Assembly (NCBI GenBank): GCA_000092065.1
Contig: CP000581.1
Reading direction: 5' to 3' (one strand)
Length of the DNA stretch: 64,000 nt
From: Ostreococcus lucimarinus
Taxonomy: Eukaryota
Positions within the stretch are counted from its first letter, which is position 1. Each line of letters starts with the position of its first letter. Below, piece by piece: positions 28,901 through 38,711 of the stretch. The translations under genes were made by a program, and so were the position numbers. The notes beneath the pieces are model-generated. The model saw only the letters and a list, made by a program, of their open reading frames with translations. It ran no database searches and was not told the origin of the DNA.

Positions 28901-30148
28901 GACGCGCAAACAAGACACCATGAAATCGCGCAATAGCGTCGCCTCTGCAGCTCCAAGATCACTACCGAAGAATGCTTTCGCGAAACGCTCAAGCGTCGAG
29001 CGTGGGCAGTACATGACGCTTGCAAACACTTGTGCGAAATCCCAAAGCGTGAGCAGCTCTGCCTGCAGATGTGGGCCGATGTGCGAATACTCGGGAAGAA
29101 TCGGCGACGCGGGCGGCGGAGGCTCTAGTCTCGGCACTCGAGGCTTGCTTTCCGATTCCTTCTCGGCCTTCTTCTCAGCCCTCAACTTTTCGCGCCTGGC
29201 GCGATCACGCTCTAGTCGCGATGCCTTCGTCGCGGAACCCAGCTGGTGTTTCTCTGTCGTCCACGTTTGCAAAGCTGTCAAAAATTGCGGCGCCGGGACG
29301 TCGGCTTCTTCGCTCGCCGTCGGCGGTCGCAGCGCTTTACATCTCACCAAAGTCTCGATTTGAGACACGATGAAGAATCCATCACCAACGATGTCCGCGT
29401 GCGTGTACTTGTACGCGCTGGTATCCTTCGATTCGCGTATCTCCTCTTCCGTGCACCCGTTCAACGCGGCTTCCTTTTGCGCCTCCGCCGTGGTATCGCC
29501 CAACATCTTCGCCGCCTTCGTCGGCGTTTTCACCGCCACCGGTACATCATGCGCCACGACGGGCACACCAAGAATGATATCTAAGCCTTCCTCCAGCGAC
29601 AATTCCCAGTTCTTCACCAATGCTCGAACGATCGCGTTGGTGAAGTTTGCGCGACGCGTCGTAACTGTCACGTACTTTTCAAACCTCGGAGCCGGGTTCA
29701 ACAGCTTGTACCACGCCCGCGGCGTCACGAGCCACAACTCGGGCTCGTCTCCACCGTACTTAATCGTCCAATCGTGCACCTCCATGAGCTTTAACGCGTG
29801 CGGAGGTTTGTCCTGCGGCGTCAACGGCGCCGCCAAGACCTCGCTCGGCAACCCGTGCTCGCCGCCCTCCAACTTCCTCGCTCTTCCCAGCACGAGCACC
29901 CGGTTCGGTCTCGACCCGTGCACGCTCACCGCTTTACCCTCCGCGAACTTATCCCTGAATTCGTACTCATCCAGCACGCGCATCGGCAGCGTCTGTCCCT
30001 CGACCTCGGACGGCGCCGTCGCGTCCCTCGCCGCCGCCGCCGCCTCCGCCGCCGCGCCGTCGCCCTCGTCGCCCTCGCGCGTCGCTCCGCGCGTCGTATC
30101 GCGCGCGACGGCGTCCTCGTCGTCGACGTCCGCGCCCGCCGTCGCCAT
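25940..30148 (-). CDS. Chromatin protein with DDT domain, WHIM-like motifs and C-terminal ARID DNA-binding domain
   Basis: DDT-like block ELLTLWDFAQVFASVMYCPRSTLERFAKAFFG. WSD/WHIM-like RRYFALGGTNNAGRLFVE. ARID at the C-terminus (PIFCGAQMNLHRVFIEAMHLGGYEQVTRCKFWKVVARTLG...FAMRKYYEKCLFPLEKYL). Start taken at ATG 30148 (MATAGADVDDED...); the ORF's Arg-rich 5' read-through to 31063 is rejected. Confidence 0.75.
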   Translation of the reverse strand: MATAGADVDDEDAVARDTTRGATREGDEGDGAAAEAAAAARDATAPSEVEGQTLPMRVLDEYEFRDKFAEGKAVSVHGSRPNRVLVLGRARKLEGGEHGLPSEVLAAPLTPQDKPPHALKLMEVHDWTIKYGGDEPELWLVTPRAWYKLLNPAPRFEKYVTVTTRRANFTNAIVRALVKNWELSLEEGLDIILGVPVVAHDVPVAVKTPTKAAKMLGDTTAEAQKEAALNGCTEEEIRESKDTSAYKYTHADIVGDGFFIVSQIETLVRCKALRPPTASEEADVPAPQFLTALQTWTTEKHQLGSATKASRLERDRARREKLRAEKKAEKESESKPRVPRLEPPPPASPILPEYSHIGPHLQAELLTLWDFAQVFASVMYCPRSTLERFAKAFFGSDLGAAEATLLRDFMVSCLRVTEGRIDSIDQETIRSAPTRARWWDAPVLGLNDIGELDWQDRANNLIVEFQMGVNARMRKPALEAVAKLDKGEVLESFSPVHRIALAVALSSIALESETIREYFTEIYDDVRARRRTGDFHSNPPTLATEVPKPTEEKKKETSKEINVKDENPEVVDDADESVSMEVDETDASEELVKPPTLADYRREQLMKWKSEAVERAVISRGKPVAVDEQGRRYFALGGTNNAGRLFVETAPLGWYDGDEDAASSQVIDGVEYPKQPMAGPPVEDAPFSEDAANTPDCRRNVSGLVECASRWGVYTPGTVEYDALSYWCNPKYDNERYITKLHRLMSHAVDGDADAPELSDDDRRKKVEILSETLAMDGYANLDDVALGSVDDAKLTSRLFNAVKFILHSAPFWRTGDMRWIDRFIRTCTHFESALNASEQSLVRLLKVLPGIEIVCAQAGLMDDVAWPDAKPTWLAQLRYYVFGPRTEAELEGTTAAPEVSEPIPGINDILAAPELLDPLPPLTVRRAANLVNQFLRFLVQDPQRMSQGAFQMCTGVSHGVGAINTGEVVAVIKRGLVKTYNRYVDKKSRPRNWIDVNTLRPVERCVVLGTAYRGSEAPRRNAASDGDTPPCAWLMCLLLDDPELSQFPSTRRQSADAEQADAKEAKDERRLIIAPLYAGGDIAEYVLPWSKYQEVDEKPWDGGSRIIMHFEGVDAENEARGIVSVDGCVYYLGRVRKVRSSPDRWETVMVVFDSDPEDYMWVSPWEIIAAPEKYHDPVHEGPAPVDHERELSPEDMTLIAQCKAIARRLGWPSGDHRRDFDKFRAEAFAGGVIPQAPIFCGAQMNLHRVFIEAMHLGGYEQVTRCKFWKVVARTLGRDLSTQTSASFAMRKYYEKCLFPLEKYLTSAEMIENLGIVIDASTDPMDRFPASRPATDFDDDDDRVDDGDDDDDMDDEDDADGMDVVDKKKKEEDADDYKISDDDFDEDDPSDSGESDSDFKGR

Positions 30149-30370
30149 CGCGCGCGCGCGTCGCGCGCCGTCACCCGCCCGTCGTCGGTCGGTGCGGTGC
30201 GTTGAAGATCCGCGACCGCCGCCGCGCCGCCGCGCGCGCGCGATTCGCGTCGCGTCGCGCGCGTCGCGTCCGCGCCGGCGATTCGCGTCGCGCGTCGCGC
30301 CGCGTCGCGCCGCGTCGCCGTGCGCGCGCGGGTGTGCGCGCGCGTCGTCACATCTCGACTCGTCCCGTCG

Positions 30371-31783
30371 ATGACGCCGCGACGCCGCGTCGCGCGCGCG
30401 CTCGCGGACGCGCTCGCGGACGCGCGCGCGCGCGCGTCGCCCGCGCTCGAGCGCGCGGACGCCGCGCCGTCGCCGCGCGCGCGCGCGTCGCCGCGCGCGA
30501 CGACGACCGGTCGACGCTTCGCGACGGCGGCGCGAGACGACGGCGACGACGACGACCGGGCGCGGGCGACGACGGCGCGGACGACGGGAACGCCGTCGTA
30601 CGCGTTCGCGTCGGCGATGTCGCGCGCGACGTCGCTCGAGGACGCGGTGCGAGCGTGCGCGCGAGACGTCGCGCGAGGGCTCGGTCGAGGTCGGGACGCG
30701 ACGTGGGCGCAGTTGTTCGTCTGCGGTGACTACGACGAGGACGCGGTCGCGCGCGCGGGCAAGCTGACGCGTGAATTGCTCGGTGGAACGTCGGTGTCGC
30801 TCGTGGGAGCGGTGGTGCGAGGAGGGGTGGGCGCGGAGGGGATGACGGAGTCGGGCGTGGCGTTGACGGCGGCGGCGATGCCGGGGACGACGACGGCGAC
30901 GTTTCGAGCGACGAAATCGGCGCTTCCGGCGATCGACGACGGGAGCGCGTGCTCGTGGGTTGATTTGGCGAAGAGTTGCGAGAACGAGGGCGAGACCGTG
31001 GGGGTGACGGTGTTCGCGGATGCGTCGTTCGAGCACGTGGGCGAGCTGCTGACGCGCTTGCACGTGGCGATGCCGAACAGCGTCGCGCTAGGAGGGGTCG
31101 TGGACGAGGGGAGTCTCATGTTTTTGAACGATGACGTCGTGCGACGAGGAGCTGTCGCTTTGCTCATTCGTGGTGAGTTCGAATTGGACACGCACGTCGC
31201 GCACGGCGCGCGACCGGTGGGACCCGTGATGTCGTTGACTCACGCGCACGACAACGCGGTGTTGGAGCTCGACGATTCGCCCGCACATCCGCTGCTGTTG
31301 GAAACCCTCGAGCAGTTGCCAGAGAACTCTAAATCGCTGCCCGTCATGCTCGGACTCGGGGTGAGTGGCTCTAAAGGTCCGTTCGTGTGCCGCGATATTT
31401 TATCCGTGGGCGAAACCGGGGGCGTGGAAGTCGCGTCGATGGCTTTGCAAGAGGGCGACGTCGTACAATTACACGTGCGCGACGGGAACTGGGCGAAAGA
31501 GCACGCGAATCGCGTGATTGAAAAGTGTGCCGATAGTGCGAAAAAAGTGAGTAGTGAGGAGTTGGGGTCAGAGAACTCGACAGGTGCCATGATATTCGCG
31601 TGTGGCAACGGCAACCGAATGCACGCCAGCAATTTTCGCGAACGCGTTCCGGGGACGCCCCTCGGCGGCGCGTTCTTGCGCAGCGAAATCGCGCCCCTTG
31701 CAAAAGGTCGTGCGAGTAACGTGCTGTCACACACGAGCACGATAGGAATTTACCGTAAACGTAAGAAATCGGTGTCGATGTAA
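30371..31783 (+). CDS. FIST-domain protein (FIST_N and FIST_C-like sensory modules)
   Basis: The ORF 30320 start is GTG; the first ATG is at 30371. Motifs LFVCGDYDEDAV...LVGAVVRGGVG and C-terminal MIFACGNGNRMHASNF...GGAFLRSEIAP resemble the FIST_C signature (...yGEI.P). The assignment is tentative. Confidence 0.5.
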   Translation: MTPRRRVARALADALADARARASPALERADAAPSPRARASPRATTTGRRFATAARDDGDDDDRARATTARTTGTPSYAFASAMSRATSLEDAVRACARDVARGLGRGRDATWAQLFVCGDYDEDAVARAGKLTRELLGGTSVSLVGAVVRGGVGAEGMTESGVALTAAAMPGTTTATFRATKSALPAIDDGSACSWVDLAKSCENEGETVGVTVFADASFEHVGELLTRLHVAMPNSVALGGVVDEGSLMFLNDDVVRRGAVALLIRGEFELDTHVAHGARPVGPVMSLTHAHDNAVLELDDSPAHPLLLETLEQLPENSKSLPVMLGLGVSGSKGPFVCRDILSVGETGGVEVASMALQEGDVVQLHVRDGNWAKEHANRVIEKCADSAKKVSSEELGSENSTGAMIFACGNGNRMHASNFRERVPGTPLGGAFLRSEIAPLAKGRASNVLSHTSTIGIYRKRKKSVSM

Positions 31784-31806
31784 CGCGCGCTCTATGTATA
31801 TTAAAT

Positions 31807-31954
31807 TCAATCTCGATCAGAAACTTGCGCGTCGACGTCGATAGTATCTCCCGCTGAGCCACCCCCGTAGCTTTTACGACCACCACCCTGCTGACCACCC
31901 TGCTGAGCGCCGCCCATGCCGCCCATGTCGCCCATGCCGCCCATACCGCCCATA

Positions 31955-31986
<32 letters not shown>

Positions 31987-32631
31987 TCGAGCGTTCATCT
32001 GTTCCTGCGCACGTCGCTGCATGTTTTGGACTTGATCCGTAATCAACGACGGCATGAACATGTTCACCAAAAATGTCGCCGTGAGACCAAAGTACAACAA
32101 GTTCCAAAAGATCCCGCTCGTGAAGAGCCAGATCCAAAACATGAAATTCGCGAACTGACCGACCGGGGTGTTTCGCACCTTGGCGTATTGATCCATCGCC
32201 TTCGGCACGTTCGTCTTAAACCACTTCGTGACGCCCATCTTATCATCTGCACTCTTCACCTTTCGGCGCGCGTCCTCGAGCATGGACTTCGCCTTGTTCC
32301 CGGTACCGTACTTTGCGTTCACTCGATTCGCCTTCTCTCGAACGCTCGACCAAATCGAGTTCAAGCTCATCCGTTCCTTGATCGCATCGATCGATTCCTT
32401 AAAGAACCGTCGCGCGTTCGTAAACGCCATCGAATCCGCCGTCTTCTCTTTCGCAGATTTCGTCTCACGCGTCGATCCGGAATCCTTCGCGTCGTCCGCC
32501 GTCGCCCGCGTCGACCCCGCGCCGTTCGCCTTCATCGCCGCGTACTTCACCTCTAAATCCGCCCGCTCGAAGCAATCGGACACGTCCACGCCCGCGTCCA
32601 CGAGCGCGCGTTTCATCTCCGCCGCGCGCAT
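31807..32631 (-). CDS. Hypothetical membrane protein with two TM helices and C-terminal (GGM)n repeat
   Basis: Internal ATG at 32631 (alternative ATG at 32829). TM segments FANFMFWIWLFTSGIFWNLLYFGLTATFLVNMFM. Tail GGMGGMGGMGGMGGMGGMGDMGGMGGAQQGGQQGGG. The ORF's 5' part overlaps the CS-domain gene on the other strand and is rejected. Confidence 0.45.
31910..31986. repeat. Tandem 9-mer (gccgcccat)n in coding sequence, encoding the (GGM)n tail
   Basis: cgcccatgccgcccatgtcgcccatgccgcccataccgcccataccgcccatgccgcccatgccgcccatgccgcc is about 8.5 near-perfect copies. Confidence 0.85.
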
Positions 32632-32956
32632 GCGCGGCGCGCCGCTCTCGTCGTTCACCGTCGCGCGAATCCTTCGCGACGCATCGCCTTCGCGACGTCT
32701 CGATCGCGTCACCGACGCGCGTTCGACCGCCGCGCGCGCGCGCGCGACGACGCGCGCGCGCGCGCGTCGATCCACGCGCGCCGTCGCGCGCGACGACGCC
32801 GTCGCGCGCGTCGCGAGCGCCGTCGACATCGCGCGTTCGAGCGTCGATGAATGATGACGAATCTCTCTCGCGCGCGTCTCGACGGCATCGCTCGACGCGC
32901 GCTCGACCGCGCGCCGCGACGCCTCGCTCGAACCGCGCGAACGCCTCGCGCGCGCG

Positions 32957-34015
32957 ATGTCGGACGACGAACCGCTCGACGCGGACGCGCGCACGGCGTG
33001 GCTTCGCTCGAAGGGCGTCGTCATCGAAACGCGCGAGGACCGCGAAGCCGCGCGCGCGGCGGCGCGGCGCGGCGACGGCGCGGCGATCGAGCGCGACGGG
33101 CCGACGCGGAGTTTTACGTACGTGAAGATCCCGTGCGACGACGACGAGGCGCTCGAGGAGCGGACGCTGACGATCGGGGAGGGGCAACCCGGGGACGCGC
33201 TGCCGGCGGCGCTGCGGACGGCGTTCGCGGGCGGCGGCGAGGTGGACGCGGAGAAAGCGAAAGCGGAGGCGGTGCGAGCGCTCGGTGCGCGAGGGATGGG
33301 GATATCGAGCGAGGCGATCGCGCGGGAGACCGCGGGTGGGTCGACGGAGACGTTCGCGTTGGTGCGGCCGAGCGAGGCGAACGGGTGGCGCGGCGTGTAC
33401 CTGTACCTGGACGAGGTCGGAATGTTGAAGGGATTGCCGATCAATCGAAGAGCGGGACGATTGGCGCAGGAGTGCGGATTCGATGGGGTGAACTTCCACG
33501 GCGATATGTTCATCGGTCGCGTGCAAACGAAGCCCGAGCCCATGCGAAGCGTTGATTTTCCTTTGAGCGATTTGGACTCGAGCGCGCAGTGGATGCGCAT
33601 GGCGACGATGGAAAACGTTGAATATAGCAAAGGATTGAAAGAGTTAGAGGCGGCGATGGGTAAAAACGGTGGATTGGAGAAGATTAACATGACTGGCGAC
33701 GCGTCCGACGTGGCGTCGACCGGAAACGGCATGCCGAGCGGTAAGGGAGTAAACTACCGCTGGTCGCAAACCGAAGACGAAGTCGAAGTCTCCGTCGACG
33801 TCGCCCCGGGCACGGTTTCTAAATCCGTCCGCGTCCTATTCAAACCCTCTCAATTCATCGTCAAAGTTAACGACGAGGTGGTGTGCGACTTGAGCGGTCT
33901 TCACGCCCCGATTCGTCCCGACGAGTGCACGTGGACGATGGGCGTCGACGAGGTCTGCGTCTCGCTCGCCAAGCGCGACGACGAGCGTTCCTGGCGCGCC
34001 CTCGTCGGCGCGTGA
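32957..34015 (+). CDS. CS (p23/HSP20-like) domain co-chaperone-like protein (possibly PIH1/NudC-type)
   Basis: ATG at 32957. C-terminal CS-domain pattern YRWSQTEDEVEVSVDVAPGTVSKSVRVLFKPSQFIVKVNDEVV...LHAPIRPDECTWTM..DEVCVSLAKRDDERSWRAL. The N-terminal region is conserved-looking but unassigned. Confidence 0.55.
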   Translation: MSDDEPLDADARTAWLRSKGVVIETREDREAARAAARRGDGAAIERDGPTRSFTYVKIPCDDDEALEERTLTIGEGQPGDALPAALRTAFAGGGEVDAEKAKAEAVRALGARGMGISSEAIARETAGGSTETFALVRPSEANGWRGVYLYLDEVGMLKGLPINRRAGRLAQECGFDGVNFHGDMFIGRVQTKPEPMRSVDFPLSDLDSSAQWMRMATMENVEYSKGLKELEAAMGKNGGLEKINMTGDASDVASTGNGMPSGKGVNYRWSQTEDEVEVSVDVAPGTVSKSVRVLFKPSQFIVKVNDEVVCDLSGLHAPIRPDECTWTMGVDEVCVSLAKRDDERSWRALVGA

Positions 34016-34070
34016 TCGTCGATCCCGCCGCGCGCGCGCGCTGAATCATTTTTTAACATCATTCGCTCCG

Positions 34071-34103
<33 letters not shown>

Positions 34104-34110
34104 TCTCGTC
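34071..34110. repeat. (GTCCTC)n hexamer repeat in CDC48 5' flank
   Basis: cgtcctcgtcctcgtcctcgtcctcgtcctcgttctcgtc lies about 115 nt upstream of the CDC48 ATG. Confidence 0.8.
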
Positions 34111-34223
34111 TTTTCCCGTCTCGCGCTCGCCTCGCCGTCGCGACAGTTGCCCGCGCCCGCGTCGTTCAGATCTGATGATTTCTCCATCGGCGTCACTCAC
34201 GCGCGCGCGTTCGCCCTCGCACC

Positions 34224-34782
<559 letters not shown>

Positions 34783-34823
34783 TGACGAACGAACGTTGGG
34801 TGCGATTTTCGCGCGAAAACTAG

Positions 34824-36911
<2,088 letters not shown>

Positions 36912-37115
36912 GGGTAGCTCAATTTTTGCGACGAACACAAACAAACACTCCGAACTTTAGTGATACATTCAATTTTTAATGAACGCAAGAAGATGACGAC
37001 GACTCCCACTCCCACTCCAATTATGTTTACATTTTCAAAAGCTAGGTCTACACCGCATCGGCGCTCGCGAGACAACGCTCGCGCGTCCGCGTCGGAAATC
37101 TTCTTTCCGAACCGC

Positions 37116-37965
37116 TTACTCCTTGGATTCAAGAGAACTCGCACCCGAGATAATCTCGATCAACTCGGTCGTAATCGCGGCTTGACGCGTACGGTTGTAA
37201 AGCAAAGTGAGCTTTTGAAGCATGTCACTCGCATTCTTACTCGAGTTCTCCATCGATTGCATGCGCGAGCCCAACTCAGACGTGTTGTTCTCCAACATGG
37301 CGTTGTACAACAACGCGCCCATCTTGAACTCGGAGAGATCGAGGAGGAACTCCGATCGGTCGGGTCCTTCGATTTCATAAGAATCAAACTCATTCACACC
37401 CTCTTCCGCCGCCTTCTCGAGCTCTTCGCTGGACAAGACAGTCGCAACCGTAGGCTTGAAGGAAATCGCAGAGGCGAAGCGGTTGAACACCAGCTGTGTC
37501 TTCGGCGCGTTTTGCGCCATAATCTCGTCAGCGATCGCGGAAGCGGTTCCAAAAGTTAACGGCTGCTTCGTCGTGTCCACAACGACGTTGTTGATTCGAT
37601 CCGGGTAAAGCCTGTTGAGCTGCGCTCGCGCCTTGTCGCCGACGACGTTGATTCTCGCCCCCGGACTCATCGCGTTCAAAACGGTCGAGTACTTAACCAC
37701 GGCGGTGTTAATACCACCACACAAACCCTTATCGGACGAGATCGGCACGACGAGCGTGCTGTCCGTTTCAGTCCCCGGGGTATCCCCGAGCAAACGCACG
37801 AACGGATTCACGAGCGCGCGCGACTTCTCGCACTTCGTTTGCGCCCCCTTGAGGCGAGACGCGGCGACCATCTTCATCGCCTTCGTAATCTTTTGAATAT
37901 TCCCGACCGATCGCATTCGAATCGCCACCGCTTGCAAAGAGACGGTCCTCACGTTCGCCGGCACC
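37116..37965 (-). CDS. ATPC: Mitochondrial F1-ATP synthase gamma subunit, exon 2
   Basis: RMRSVGNIQKITKAMKMVAASRLKGAQ...LTLLYNRTRQAAITTELIEIISGA is the canonical gamma subunit. The ORF-track M at 37964 is a GTG. Minus-strand ACTGAC at 38001-37996 and cgtag acceptor at 37968-37966 show that an intron ends here. Confidence 0.8.
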
Positions 37966-38176
37966 CTACGTTCGTTTCGCGCATCCGCGCACCACCGTCA
38001 GTCGTCGTCCTTCGCGCCGACCTCCAGGTCCCAGACCCCGATCGCGCCGACTTCAAAGGTCCGTCCCTCGTCGCGTCCCGATCGCGTTTTCGCGCGTCCG
38101 CGCCCATCATCGCGCGCGCACATATATCCCCCGCCATCTCGCGTTCGCTCGCGCGCATCGCGTCGCTCGCGCGCAC

Positions 38177-38313
38177 CCTTCGCTCGCGTTGACCATCGTC
38201 CCCGCGCGCGGCGCCGTCGTCGATTTCGGCGTCATCATCGTCCCTCGCGCGCCCTCGCGCATGGCGCATCGCACCGCGAGCGCGGCGTTTCGACGCATCG
38301 CATTCGTGGACAT
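38177..38313 (-). CDS. ATPC: Mitochondrial F1-ATP synthase gamma subunit, exon 1 (presequence); start could instead be the internal ATG at 38196
   Basis: ATG codons at 38313 and 38196 are in frame. The exon ends ...AGC GAA GG|GTGCGC (donor at 38176). Joining to exon 2 gives ...MVNASEG-VPANVRTVSLQAVAIRMRSVGNIQKI, an Arg-rich presequence followed by the mature N-terminus. Intron 37966-38176 is 211 bp. Confidence 0.5.
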
Positions 38314-38711
38314 CGTGCGCGCGATCGTTCGCGCGCGGCGTGCGGTCGTGCGCGCGACTGTGCGGCGTCGCGCGCGCGCGCGAACGATCGCGACGCGCTG
38401 GGTTTACGTCGCGCGCGGTTCGTCGCGCGGTACACGGGGCTCGAGGTGCGCCGAATACGGGGCGCGACACATCACGACGCGCGCGCGTCCGGTTCGCGCG
38501 CGACGCGGCCTCGCGCGCGCGCGACGCGCGACGCGCGACGCGCGATCGTCGGTTCGCGCGCGCCGGCCTCGCGCGGCGCGCGCGCGCTCGAGGACGTCGG
38601 ACGCGGGGCGCGCGCGCGGTGCGGGGCGCGGATTGACTGATTGGACGCGATCGAACGCGGTCGCGCGAGCGACGCGCGCGCGAACGAACGCGAGGGCGCG
38701 CGCGCGAGACC

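Noticed and set aside
30149-31063. Arg-rich 5' extension of the ARID/DDT ORF
   Set aside because: Same reasoning as above. It is R/H/P-only and overlaps the FIST gene on the opposite strand. A clean ATG (30148) precedes protein-like sequence.
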